DNA of 34,520 bases from an uncultured Lachnospiraceae bacterium (GTDB lineage: Bacteria > Bacillota > Clostridia > Lachnospirales > Lachnospiraceae): NCBI GenBank assembly GCA_964370595.1, contig CAYJKD010000005.1, positions 1 to 34,520 on the forward strand. Reading direction: 5' to 3'. The position numbers and the translations under genes are program-made. Under the pieces are notes generated by a model. The model was not told the DNA's origin. It saw only the letters and a program-made list of their open reading frames with translations, and did no database searches. Positions 1 through 9,485 of this stretch are shown piece after piece (positions within the stretch are counted from its first letter, which is position 1; every line of letters begins with the position of its first letter).

Positions 1-11
1 TTATGCATATC

Positions 12-40
12 TTGAGTTTTTCTTCTTGATATGCTATAGT
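12..40 (+). promoter_or_regulatory. sigma-A-type promoter of the metG operon
   Basis: TTGAGT (12-17), 17-nt spacer, extended -10 TGcTATAGT (35-40); SD GAGGAGGA at 67-74. Confidence 0.65.
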
Positions 41-82
41 TACAAGTATCTGAATTACTATTTATTGAGGAGGACACTTTAC

Positions 83-2035
83 ATGTGCCAAAAACCATAT
101 TATATTACTACAGCAATAGCTTATACTTCAGGAAAGCCTCATATTGGAAACACCTATGAGATTGTCTTGGCAGATAGTATTGCAAGATTTAAAAGAGAAC
201 AAGGATTCGATGTTTGGTTCCAAACAGGAACAGATGAACACGGTCAAAAGATAGAGTTAAAGGCAAAAGACGCAGGGCAATCACCACAAGCATTTGTTGA
301 TGGTGTAGCAGATCAAATTCGAACAATTTGTGATTTGATGAATACATCTTATGATAGTTTCGTAAGAACAACTGACCCAAAGCACAAAGAACAAGTTCAG
401 AAAATATTTAAAAAACTATATGATCAAGGCGATATTTACAAAGGTCATTATGAAGGCCTATATTGTACACCTTGTGAATCATTCTTCACAGAATCCCAAT
501 TAGTAGATGGAAAATGTCCAGACTGTAATAGAGAGGTGCAACCAGCAAAAGAAGAAGCATACTTTTTTAAGATGAACAAATATGCAGATCGCTTAATTGC
601 CCATATCAATGAGCATCCAGAATTTATTCAGCCTGTTTCTAGAAAAAATGAAATGATGAATAACTTTTTATTGCCAGGACTTCAAGACCTTTGTGTTTCG
701 AGAACATCATTTACTTGGGGGATACCAGTCTCATTTGATGAGAGACACGTCACATATGTGTGGCTAGATGCACTTACAAACTACATTACAGGGCTTGATT
801 ATTCTTGTGATGGAGAGCATGGAGATCTGTATCATAAATTCTGGCCAGCAGATTTACATTTAATTGGAAAGGATATTATTCGTTTCCATACTATTTATTG
901 GCCAATTTTCTTGATGGCACTAGATATCCCACTTCCAAAACAAATTGTGGGACATCCATGGGTAATTCAAAGTGACGGAAAGATGAGTAAATCAAGAGGA
1001 AATGTATTATACGCAGATGGGTTAGTAGAAATGTTTGGGGTAGATGCAGTACGCTATTTCTTACTTCATGAGATTCCATTTGACAATGATGGAATAATGT
1101 CTTGGGAATTGATGGTAGAGCGTGTAAACTCAGATTTGGCTAATGTATTAGGAAATCTAGTGAATCGAACAATTTCAATGTCAAACAAATATTTTGATGG
1201 AATTGTGTCAAATGCAGGAGTTACAGAGGAAGTTGATCAGGACTTAAAACAAGTTGTATTAGAATCTGTGAATAAAGTAATCGAGAAAATGGATAATAAC
1301 CGAATTGCAGATGCGATTAGTGAAATGTTCAATATTTTCCGTCGTTCAAATAAATATATTGATGAAACTATGCCTTGGGCTCTTGCAAAAGAGGAAGAAA
1401 AAAAGGCTCGTTTAGAGACGGTATTATATAATCTTGTTGAAGCGATTACCATAGGAGCATCTTTACTAGAATCTTATATGCCAGAAACTTCAGGGAAAAT
1501 TTTAGCACAGTTAAATGTGAAAAAAAGAACGTTAGGAGAGATGAAGGAATTTGGACTTTATCCATCAGGAGCACAAGTAACAAAGACACCAGAGATATTA
1601 TTTGCTCGTATGGACATGAAAGAAGTGTTAGAAAAAGTAGAAGCGATGTATCCAGCTCAAGCAGAGGAAGTAGAGGTAGAAGAAGTAGGAATTGATATAG
1701 AAGCAAAAGAAGAAATCGAATATGCTGATTTTATGAAACTTCAATTTCAAGTTGGAAAAATTATTGCTTGTGAGCCAGTTCCGAAATCGAAAAAACTTTT
1801 ATGCTCTCAAGTTAGAGTTGGAAGCCAGACAAGACAGATTGTAAGTGGAATAAAGGCACATTATACTCCAGAAGAAATGGTTGGTAAAAAAGTTATGGTG
1901 GTTATGAATCTAAAACCAGCAAAACTTGCAGGTGTTATGTCTGAAGGCATGCTATTATGTGCAGAAGATGAGAATGGTAATCTCTCCCTTATGGTACCAG
2001 AAAAAGAAATGCCATCAGGAGCAGAAATTTGTTAA
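83..2035 (+). CDS. metG: Methionine--tRNA ligase with C-terminal tRNA-binding OB domain
   Basis: YYITTAIAY start, HIGH-like PHIGN, GTDEHG, Zn knuckle CTPC...CPDC, KMSKS, C-terminal RQIVSGI..NLKPAKLAGVMSEGM; ATG at 83 follows an SD (the ORF-track TTG at 26 lies inside the promoter). Confidence 0.97.
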   Translation: MCQKPYYITTAIAYTSGKPHIGNTYEIVLADSIARFKREQGFDVWFQTGTDEHGQKIELKAKDAGQSPQAFVDGVADQIRTICDLMNTSYDSFVRTTDPKHKEQVQKIFKKLYDQGDIYKGHYEGLYCTPCESFFTESQLVDGKCPDCNREVQPAKEEAYFFKMNKYADRLIAHINEHPEFIQPVSRKNEMMNNFLLPGLQDLCVSRTSFTWGIPVSFDERHVTYVWLDALTNYITGLDYSCDGEHGDLYHKFWPADLHLIGKDIIRFHTIYWPIFLMALDIPLPKQIVGHPWVIQSDGKMSKSRGNVLYADGLVEMFGVDAVRYFLLHEIPFDNDGIMSWELMVERVNSDLANVLGNLVNRTISMSNKYFDGIVSNAGVTEEVDQDLKQVVLESVNKVIEKMDNNRIADAISEMFNIFRRSNKYIDETMPWALAKEEEKKARLETVLYNLVEAITIGASLLESYMPETSGKILAQLNVKKRTLGEMKEFGLYPSGAQVTKTPEILFARMDMKEVLEKVEAMYPAQAEEVEVEEVGIDIEAKEEIEYADFMKLQFQVGKIIACEPVPKSKKLLCSQVRVGSQTRQIVSGIKAHYTPEEMVGKKVMVVMNLKPAKLAGVMSEGMLLCAEDENGNLSLMVPEKEMPSGAEIC

Positions 2036-2745
2036 CCAAAGGATTAAGCGGCAGTCAGATTAAACTGATTGCCGTTATTAGCATGTTGATTGATCATATA
2101 GGGGCAACAATAATAGAGGTAGGGATTCTTAGAAGTGGATATTTAGAGCCAGAACTTCGAACACTGTGGATAAATATTTATTTTGCAACAAGAACCATAG
2201 GGAGAATGGCATTTCCTATCTATTGTTTTCTGTTAGTAGAAGGGTTTCAGCATACAAAAAATTGGAAAAAATATGCACTTCGATTAGGGATGTTTGCACT
2301 TATTTCTGAAATACCATTTAATTTAATGATTGAACAAAAGCTAATTTATATGGAATCACAAAATGTTTTCTTTACATTATTTTTAGGGGTAATTCTTTTG
2401 GGAATGATGCAAAAAATTAATAATCAAGTACTGCAACTTTTTCTGGTAGCAGGAATCTGTGCATTAGCTATCGTTTTACGAACAGATTATTCTTATTGGG
2501 GAATTATCTTAATCTGTATTTATTATAATTTAAGAAACAATCGTAAATTACAGGTGTTTGCAGGATATATATGGCAGCAATTCAGTGTTAATCACATATT
2601 GTATAAATTGGGACTAGTAGCAGGATTTGCTTGTTTAATGTTGTATAATGGTGAGCGAGGAAAAAATAGATTTCCATTATTTTTTTATTGGTTTTATCCA
2701 ATTCATATGTTGGTGTTATATGGGATTTTGACGATTGCATTTTAA
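2029..2745 (+). CDS. TraX-family membrane protein (putative acyltransferase)
   Basis: KLIAVISMLIDHIG, GRMAFPIYCFLLVEGF.HT, YNGERG, FYWFYPIH motifs; multi-TM; TTG start overlaps metG end, AGGAG at 2017-2021. Confidence 0.85.
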   Translation: MLTKGLSGSQIKLIAVISMLIDHIGATIIEVGILRSGYLEPELRTLWINIYFATRTIGRMAFPIYCFLLVEGFQHTKNWKKYALRLGMFALISEIPFNLMIEQKLIYMESQNVFFTLFLGVILLGMMQKINNQVLQLFLVAGICALAIVLRTDYSYWGIILICIYYNLRNNRKLQVFAGYIWQQFSVNHILYKLGLVAGFACLMLYNGERGKNRFPLFFYWFYPIHMLVLYGILTIAF

Positions 2746-2760
2746 GAAAGGTTTAAGTTT

Positions 2761-3543
2761 ATGATATTTGATACACATGCTCATTATGATGATGAGGCAT
2801 TTGATAGAGATAGAGATGAATTACTTCGTGGCATGAGAGAGCATGGCGTTGAAGCTGTAGTCAATATTGGCGCAAGTATTCAATCTACAAAGGATACATT
2901 GAAATTGATTAAAACGTATCCAAATGTTTATGGGGTTGTAGGGGTGCATCCAAGCGAATGTGCAGAGTTAGATGATACACATTTATCTTGGTTAGAGTCG
3001 ATATCCACGAAGGAAAAAGTTTTAGCAATTGGTGAAATTGGACTTGATTATTACTGGGATACTCCAGCACGAGAAGTTCAAAAAAAATGGTTTATTGCGC
3101 AATTAAATGTAGCAAAAAAGGTAAAGTTACCGATTGTAATACATAGTAGAGATGCAGCTAATGATACATTGCAGATTATGAAACAAGAATCAGCAAAAGA
3201 CCTAGGTGGAGTTATTCACTGTTTTTCATATGGAACAGAAATGGCTAGGGAATTTCTAAATATGGGATTTTATCTTGGAATTGGTGGTGTAGTTACATTT
3301 TCTAATGCGAAAAACATTAAGGAGGTAGTCGCATATACGCCAATGGACCGTATTGTTTTAGAAACAGATTGTCCATATCTATCTCCAGTCCCATTTCGTG
3401 GAAAGCGAAATTCTTCATTAAATCTTCCCTATGTGGTGGAAGCGATAAGTGAAATTAAGGGAATTACCAAAGAAGAAGTTATTAAGATAACTAACAACAA
3501 CGCAAAAGTAATGTATGGGCTGTCCATACAACAAGGAGAGTAA
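2761..3543 (+). CDS. tatD: TatD-family metal-dependent DNase/hydrolase
   Basis: DTHAH, GVHP, AIGEIGLDY, IHSRDA, IHCF, LETDCPYLSP motifs. Confidence 0.93.
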   Translation: MIFDTHAHYDDEAFDRDRDELLRGMREHGVEAVVNIGASIQSTKDTLKLIKTYPNVYGVVGVHPSECAELDDTHLSWLESISTKEKVLAIGEIGLDYYWDTPAREVQKKWFIAQLNVAKKVKLPIVIHSRDAANDTLQIMKQESAKDLGGVIHCFSYGTEMAREFLNMGFYLGIGGVVTFSNAKNIKEVVAYTPMDRIVLETDCPYLSPVPFRGKRNSSLNLPYVVEAISEIKGITKEEVIKITNNNAKVMYGLSIQQGE

Positions 3544-3545
3544 TA

Positions 3546-4409
3546 ATGCCAACACTTGGAAATCCTAAGAATACCATAGAAGTAATACAAAAATATGAAT
3601 TTGCATTCCAAAAAAAATTTGGTCAAAATTTTTTGATTGATACCCATGTTCTTGACAAAATTATAACAGCAGCAGGAGTTACGAAAGATGATATGGTTCT
3701 AGAAATTGGACCAGGAATTGGAACGATGACACAGTATTTAGCAGAAGCTGCAAGAGAAGTAGTAGCAGTAGAAATTGATAAACATCTAATACCAATTTTA
3801 GAAGATACCTTGGGAGACTATGAAAATATAACGATTATTAACAATGATATTTTAAAAGTAGATATTAATGAACTTGCGCAAAAATATAACGATGGGCGCC
3901 CAATAAAAGTAGTTGCAAATCTACCTTACTATATTACAACACCAATTATTATGGGATTGTTTGAAAGTAATGTTCCGATTGATAATATTACAGTAATGGT
4001 CCAAAAAGAAGTTGCTGACCGAATGCAGGAAGGACCAGGAACAAAAAATTATGGAGCACTATCGCTAGCGGTTCAATATTATGCGCAACCTTATGTAGTT
4101 GCCAATGTTCCACCTAACTGTTTTATACCAAGACCGAATGTAGGATCAGCAGTCATTCGATTAACTAGACATGAAAATCCACCCGTGAATGTAATAGATT
4201 CAAAATTGATGTTCGCATTGATCCGTGCATCATTTAATCAGAGAAGAAAGACATTACAAAATGGTTTAAATAATTCACCAGAAATCCATTTTTCTAAAGA
4301 GGAAATTATTCAAGGAATTGAATCGTTAGGAGTGTCTCCAACGATTCGAGGGGAAGCATTAACTTTGCAACAATTTGCAGAATTAACAAATATACTTTCT
4401 CAAAATTAG
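3546..4409 (+). CDS. rsmA: 16S rRNA adenine dimethyltransferase RsmA/KsgA
   Basis: KKFGQNFL, LEIGPGIG, VANLPYYITTP, FIPRPNVGS, QRRKTL. Confidence 0.96.
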   Translation: MPTLGNPKNTIEVIQKYEFAFQKKFGQNFLIDTHVLDKIITAAGVTKDDMVLEIGPGIGTMTQYLAEAAREVVAVEIDKHLIPILEDTLGDYENITIINNDILKVDINELAQKYNDGRPIKVVANLPYYITTPIIMGLFESNVPIDNITVMVQKEVADRMQEGPGTKNYGALSLAVQYYAQPYVVANVPPNCFIPRPNVGSAVIRLTRHENPPVNVIDSKLMFALIRASFNQRRKTLQNGLNNSPEIHFSKEEIIQGIESLGVSPTIRGEALTLQQFAELTNILSQN

Positions 4410-4416
4410 TCGTTAT

Positions 4417-4471
4417 AAAAAATCCCTATACAAACCAAGTAGACGATGACTTGATTTGTATAGGGATTTTT
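4417..4471. terminator. Bidirectional intrinsic terminator between convergent rsmA and CAP gene
   Basis: AAAAATCCCTATACAAACCAAGT / ACTTGATTTGTATAGGGATTTTT inverted repeat, 1 mismatch, A/T tracts on both sides. Confidence 0.85.
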
Positions 4472-4473
4472 AA

Positions 4474-5283
4474 TTAATCTAAAGTATAAAAGAGTTGTAC
4501 CCAGTAATGGTTGCCATCTGTATCAATGGTGTGAGCGATACCCACATGAGTGTATAAATCACAAAGTATATTTTTTGCATGTGCTTCACTATCCATTAGT
4601 CGTTTCATTACAGAATCAATACTATCTCTACCTAGTGTGGCATTTTCTCCAAAATAGACAACATCAAGACCAGCATCATCAAGAACAGTTTCATATCTAG
4701 ATCCATTTGGTCTAACATGTCCAAAAGATTCAACCAATTCAGTTGCACGTACTTCTGAGGCAGAACTACCATATGCTTCTATATCTAGAAGTGGTAGTCC
4801 GACTTTAGCTCTTTCTTCATTAATTAGAGAAACCATATTTTTTTCTTGAGCACTCAACGTAGAAGAGGCAGGATCATTAACTTGGGTTTTTCTAATTGGT
4901 TCAGAGACTATATCAGCACTCTTACTTAAAAGATATCCTTCTGATGTAGTAGTATTAGATAAGAGGGAGCCAGATTCAGAAAAACAATACCAAAGACCAT
5001 CAATCTGATTCCATCCAGTTACCATTTTTCCATCTGGAAGCAAATAATACCACTGTTCATTTTCTAATATCCAACCTTGTTTCATATAGCCATTATTTTC
5101 AAAGTAATACCAAGAGCCATCAATCTGCATCCAACCGAGAGGTGTGGTGTTTGTTTCCGCTAGGATGTATGTCTGGCCGATAGAATCGTGATGCCAAATA
5201 CCATCTACATCAGCATATGTAGATATAGGTAAGCTTACAATACCCGTAATAACAATCGATAGTGTGGCTATTAGTTTTTTCAT
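4474..5283 (-). CDS. Secreted protein with cell-wall/choline-binding repeats and C-terminal CAP (SCP-like) domain
   Basis: Signal peptide; GWMQIDGSWYYF-type repeats; LINEERAKVGL, HVRPNG, GEN, HAKNIL, YWVQLF. Confidence 0.88.
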   Translation of the reverse strand: MKKLIATLSIVITGIVSLPISTYADVDGIWHHDSIGQTYILAETNTTPLGWMQIDGSWYYFENNGYMKQGWILENEQWYYLLPDGKMVTGWNQIDGLWYCFSESGSLLSNTTTSEGYLLSKSADIVSEPIRKTQVNDPASSTLSAQEKNMVSLINEERAKVGLPLLDIEAYGSSASEVRATELVESFGHVRPNGSRYETVLDDAGLDVVYFGENATLGRDSIDSVMKRLMDSEAHAKNILCDLYTHVGIAHTIDTDGNHYWVQLFYTLD

Positions 5284-5292
5284 ATGAGTCTC

Positions 5293-6027
5293 CTATTCAA
5301 TATTACAGCATGATAATGCATCTGCGTCAGCAACTACAGTAACATCAGGGTGTAGTTGTAAGATTGAGGCTGGAACAAGTGGGGTAATTGGACCGAATAA
5401 GGCTTGTTTCAATATTTCAGCTTTTTCCTTTCCACTTACAATTAAAAGAATTTTTTTTGCAAGCATAATGGTTTTTACACCCATGGTATATGCTTGTTTT
5501 GGTACATCACTTTCATTTTCAAAAAATCGCTTATTCGCTTCGATGGTAGCCGGCTGAAGATCTACACAATGAGTGGTTTTTGCAAATATATTGTCAGGCT
5601 CATTAAAACCAATATGTCCATTATGTCCCATTCCTAAAAGTTGGATATCAATTCCTCCAATTTGTTGGATGATTTCATCGTATCGTTGGCATTCAGCGTT
5701 ACTATCTGTTTGTGTCCCATCTGGAATGTAGGTGTGATTTAGGTCAATGTTGATGTGCTTAAAAAAGTTATGGTACATAAAATAATAATAACTCTGTTCA
5801 TCATCGCGTGAAATTCCACGGTATTCATCAAGATTAACAGAAGTAACTTGTGAAAAATCAATATCGCCCTTATCAAACCAATGAATTAAAGTTTTGTAAA
5901 TTCCTAATGGTGAAGAACCAGTAGCTAATCCTAGAACACTATCAGGCTTTAAAATTACTTGGGCAGAAATTAGGTTAGCAGCTTTTTTGCTCATAGCATC
6001 ATAGTTTTCAGTTTTATAAATTTTCAT
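5293..6027 (-). CDS. nagB: Glucosamine-6-phosphate deaminase
   Basis: LGLATGSSP, NLDEY, LLGMGHNGHIGFNEP, PASILQLH. Confidence 0.96.
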   Translation of the reverse strand: MKIYKTENYDAMSKKAANLISAQVILKPDSVLGLATGSSPLGIYKTLIHWFDKGDIDFSQVTSVNLDEYRGISRDDEQSYYYFMYHNFFKHINIDLNHTYIPDGTQTDSNAECQRYDEIIQQIGGIDIQLLGMGHNGHIGFNEPDNIFAKTTHCVDLQPATIEANKRFFENESDVPKQAYTMGVKTIMLAKKILLIVSGKEKAEILKQALFGPITPLVPASILQLHPDVTVVADADALSCCNIE

Positions 6028-6054
6028 ATGATAATATCCTCCAAGGAAATAGTT

Positions 6055-6094
6055 TTCTAGTTACTAGAATATCATTTTTATGGATGATGTGCAA
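6055..6094 (-). promoter_or_regulatory. nagB promoter with overlapping palindrome
   Basis: Minus strand TTGCAC (6094-6089), 17 nt, TGa-TATTCT (6071-6066); palindrome TTCTAGT-T-ACTAGAA at 6055-6069. Confidence 0.55.
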
Positions 6095-6338
6095 CAAAAA
6101 AGTGCTATACTTTTATGGTACATTTATAAACGGACCATGCAAACAGTAGTTATAATAGTATTAGAGTAAGAGTATAGATTAGATTTAGATGAGATGGGTA
6201 TTTTTAGTAGTTATATTTTTTGCAGAAATCTACTTTGGGGTATTTCTTTAATAAAAATATGTTTTCATTCATTCTGATTTCAGATATACTAGCTTTTATA
6301 GAATAATGATATTGGTTAAATAGATAGGAAGTGAATCA

Positions 6339-6824
6339 ATGAAAAATATAGATGAAATATATATGCGGGAAGCTTTGAGGCAAGCAAAAAAAGCCGAAAA
6401 AATAGGAGATGTTCCAATTGGCTGTGTAATTGTGTTTGAAGGGAAAATTATTGCACGAGGATATAATCGCAGAACCGCAGATGGTAGCGTACTTTCCCAT
6501 GCAGAAATAATTGCAATTAAGAAAGCTTGTAAGGTAATTGGTGATTGGAGACTTGAGGATTGTACCATGTATATAACATTAGAACCATGCCCTATGTGTG
6601 CAGGTGCGATTGTTCAAGCAAGAATCCCTAAAGTTGTGTTAGGCTGTATGAATCCTAAAGCTGGCTGTGCAGGGTCGGTTATTAATCTTTTGAAACAAGA
6701 AGGATTTAATCATCAAGTAGAGATTATAACATCTGTTTTAGAAGAAGAATGTTCAGTAACTTTGAAATCATTTTTTAAAGAGTTGCGTAAAAAGAATATC
6801 AGTGCAAAGAATGTAAGTGAGTAG
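6339..6824 (+). CDS. tadA: tRNA adenosine(34) deaminase
   Basis: VPIGCVIV, HAE, TLEPCPMCAGA zinc-deaminase motifs; sits upstream of SRP RNA as in Bacillus. Confidence 0.94.
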   Translation: MKNIDEIYMREALRQAKKAEKIGDVPIGCVIVFEGKIIARGYNRRTADGSVLSHAEIIAIKKACKVIGDWRLEDCTMYITLEPCPMCAGAIVQARIPKVVLGCMNPKAGCAGSVINLLKQEGFNHQVEIITSVLEEECSVTLKSFFKELRKKNISAKNVSE

Positions 6825-6899
6825 TGTGATTGTGAATAAATAATAATTCGAGAACGATAGATGAAGCAGGGTACATTGAGTGAAAGTCTGTCACACTTC

Positions 6900-6928
6900 T
6901 TGACAAAATCATATGATTGAGTTATACT
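6900..6928 (+). promoter_or_regulatory. Near-consensus sigma-A promoter upstream of SRP RNA
   Basis: TTGACA (6900-6905), 17 nt, TATACT (6923-6928). Confidence 0.75.
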
Positions 6929-7029
6929 TAACGAGCATTTGGGGAGATGAATCGTAAGAAATTTAGTTTTTAGATAAAACCCTTTTAATGCTATTAAAAT
7001 AGTTAAAAGTAAGAATAAGTCAAAAAGCT

Positions 7030-7294
7030 TCCGTGCAGCCGGGGAGATAGCGGTGCCCTGTATCTGCAATCCGCTCTAGCAGAGGTGATATCCCACCTCG
7101 GGTGTATATTTTGTAGGGCTGCCCTTAAAAAGTGGTGTTGACATTTGGGTCTTACGCAATAGAAATTCATGAATCGTGTCAGGGCAGGAATGCAGCAGCA
7201 CTAAGTGGAACCTTCTATGTGCCGTGAGGTTGCCTGAATTGAGCTGGCTGTTAAGGTAACGCCTATGAGTATCATTCAAAGTGGGATGCACGGA
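7030..7294 (+). ncRNA. ffs: Large (Firmicute-type) signal recognition particle RNA
   Basis: Helix 8 GTGTCAGG-GCA-GGAA-TGC-AGCAGCAC at ~7176-7201; 5' TCCGTGCA pairs with 3' TGCACGGA; Alu-domain-like GGGGAGATAGCGGTGCCCTGTA; GC-rich ~265 nt. Confidence 0.93.
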
Positions 7295-7312
7295 TTTTAA
7301 AATATTAAAAAT

Positions 7313-7361
7313 AGAGCTATTATCTTGTAAGGTAAAATATAACTTACAAAATAATAGCTCT
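7313..7361. terminator. Bidirectional terminator between SRP RNA and MFS gene
   Basis: AGAGCTATTATCTTGTAAG / CTTACAAAATAATAGCTCT, 19 bp with 1 mismatch. Confidence 0.8.
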
Positions 7362-7369
7362 TTCTTGTG

Positions 7370-8653
7370 CTATAAATCCGTATTGAAATATAATGTACGA
7401 TTTTTTAATAAAATTCCTCCGCCGATTAAGAATAGTAAGATGATAGAAAGAATAGAAAAAGAACTTCGTCCTGTGATTGCTTTTATCAGTGCATAAATTG
7501 CAGGACCGATAATAGAAGCAAATTTCCCAAAGATATCAAAAAAGCCAAAGTATTCACTTGATTTTTCAAATGGAACTAATTTGCCTAAATACGCACGTGA
7601 TAGAGATTGAATCCCTCCTTGAACAGTTCCAACTAAAATAGCTAAAATCCAAAAGATGATAAGTGCTTCTTGTGTGGTTAGAAATCTTTCTTCCAATCCA
7701 AATCCCATAAAAAATCCCAATAAGCAAATTAATAAATATAATCCAATTGAATTTAAAATTACAGATATAGTTCCTATATATTGTGCAAGTTTTCCAAAGA
7801 ATATAGAACATGGAAAGGCTACAAGTTGGGTAACTAAAAGTGCAAGAATCATCCCGATTCCATCAAGTCCTAGTGTGGCTCCATAGGCGGTAGACATTTT
7901 GATTACAGTATTAACGCCATCAATATAGAAAAAAAATGCAATAAGAAATAAAAAGAGAGCACGATTCGTACGTATTTCTTTTATGGTTTTCACTAAGTTT
8001 TTTATTGTAATGAGAATGATATTTCCTTCGGGAAAATCTTTTCCATATTTTTGGTTCACATTTCTTAGAAATGGGATAGAAAATAAAGCCCACCAAAGAA
8101 CTGTGAGTATTAAAGATATTTTCACAGCTAATACACCATCAATTCCAATAGCATTTCCAAAACTTAAAAGTGCAATCGAAATTAAGAAAGGAATGGTGCT
8201 ACCTCCAATGTAGCCAAGTGAATATGCCCAAGCAGAAACGATATTCATTCGTTTGTGAGTTGTTACATCGGTAATAAAGCTATCATAGAATAGGTTTGAG
8301 CCAGCAAATCCAAAATAAGATAGAATATAACCGATTAACATCCATTGCCAATTATCTACGAATGCACAAAGTAGAGTTGCGGCTAATCCAATGGATAAAA
8401 ATATTGTAAATAGGCGCTTCTTTTGATGATGATAATCTCCAAACGCACCTAAAATTGGAGAAAAGATTGCGATTAAAAGGGTAGAAATAGAAGTTCCTAT
8501 ACTCCACCAATAATCTCCGTCAACACCGCTTGCACTAGCTGCATCAGAGAAAAAGATTGGAAATACAGCAGCGAGTACGATAACAGAGTAAGAAGAGTTA
8601 GCCCAATCATAAAGCATCCAACTTCGTTCTTCTTTTGTAAAATGTAATTTCAT
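7370..8653 (-). CDS. MFS transporter (Atg22/UMF1-like)
   Basis: SWMLYDWANS, LGYIGG, QSLSRAY, EYFGFFDIFGKF; about 12 TM; ATG at 8653 follows AAGGAG (8667-8662). Confidence 0.85.
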   Translation of the reverse strand: MKLHFTKEERSWMLYDWANSSYSVIVLAAVFPIFFSDAASASGVDGDYWWSIGTSISTLLIAIFSPILGAFGDYHHQKKRLFTIFLSIGLAATLLCAFVDNWQWMLIGYILSYFGFAGSNLFYDSFITDVTTHKRMNIVSAWAYSLGYIGGSTIPFLISIALLSFGNAIGIDGVLAVKISLILTVLWWALFSIPFLRNVNQKYGKDFPEGNIILITIKNLVKTIKEIRTNRALFLFLIAFFFYIDGVNTVIKMSTAYGATLGLDGIGMILALLVTQLVAFPCSIFFGKLAQYIGTISVILNSIGLYLLICLLGFFMGFGLEERFLTTQEALIIFWILAILVGTVQGGIQSLSRAYLGKLVPFEKSSEYFGFFDIFGKFASIIGPAIYALIKAITGRSSFSILSIILLFLIGGGILLKNRTLYFNTDL

Positions 8654-8666
8654 TCGGCAAGCTCCT

Positions 8667-9428
8667 TTATAGCAAAGTACCATTAAATGTTTCTCTTGCA
8701 TTTTTAATAATCCCAGTTCTAGTGCTGAGTAAATTATAAAGTTCTTCTAAAAAAATGCAAGTGTTAGGTTGAGTCTCTTGAAAGAGGTTTAGTAGTACGT
8801 TGCATTCATTTAAGTAAACAAGTTTCGATTTCATACAGAGAAAAGAAAAATATTCTTGTTTAAAAATCAACTTTTCCAAATAATAAATAGTTGATTTATA
8901 TTCAAAAAGTTTTGTAAACATTCGAAACGTTTTTACTGATTTTTTTATAGAGGTAACAGGAGAATCATAAATGATTGCGATTGGTTCTACATCTTTAATA
9001 ATAGGTAAATATCGAAAACGATGCATCGATAAAGAAAAATATTGTATGACAAAGTAGTCAAAATCAGACTCTAGGCTCATATGCTCTTTTGTAATGTGAT
9101 TTGTGCATTGATCAATATAAGGATGGCATGCTCTGTCAAGGTTGTAGTGACAATAAAATCCTAGTAAATATGCAATCTGTCTTTCATCTAGATTAGGTTG
9201 GCGTATTAGCAAATCATGTAAGAATTGTTCGCCCGGCTGTGTGTGGATCTCTACACCATAAGAAGCAATTTTATTTTTTGTTAATGGTTTGTGATAAAAT
9301 AAAAGATCAGGGCCTTGTGTTCCTAATTGGAAATAATTCAAATGATTTTCAATACAGGTGCGAATAGAACCATTAAGAGCATTTTTTACAAGTGTACCAA
9401 ATTGGTAGTGAGCAGCAACTGCAGGCAT
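8667..9428 (-). CDS. Zinc-dependent phospholipase C family protein
   Basis: MP....H N-terminus, LGTQGPDLLFYH, YLLGFYCHYNLDRACHPYI, HMSLESDFD; no signal peptide. Confidence 0.8.
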   Translation of the reverse strand: MPAVAAHYQFGTLVKNALNGSIRTCIENHLNYFQLGTQGPDLLFYHKPLTKNKIASYGVEIHTQPGEQFLHDLLIRQPNLDERQIAYLLGFYCHYNLDRACHPYIDQCTNHITKEHMSLESDFDYFVIQYFSLSMHRFRYLPIIKDVEPIAIIYDSPVTSIKKSVKTFRMFTKLFEYKSTIYYLEKLIFKQEYFSFLCMKSKLVYLNECNVLLNLFQETQPNTCIFLEELYNLLSTRTGIIKNARETFNGTLL

Positions 9429-9485
9429 AGTATGGTTCCTTTCTAATTCAATTGGAGTATGATTTAATTGTGTTAGTGAATTAGG

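Noticed and set aside
1..82. T-box or SAM riboswitch before metG
   Set aside because: Predicted promoter leaves only a ~35-nt leader and no T-box or S-box consensus is visible
6160..6200. Short AGAGT/AGAT tandem-like repeats
   Set aside because: Degenerate low-complexity sequence, no constant repeat-spacer structure; not CRISPR
6941..6960. tRNA remnant between tadA and SRP RNA
   Set aside because: Only a GGGGAGATG start; no cloverleaf, TTC loop or acceptor stem
6713..7496. Short ORFs 6713-7069, 7076-7291 and 7281-7496
   Set aside because: Overlap tadA, SRP RNA or MFS gene, with no SD or recognisable motifs
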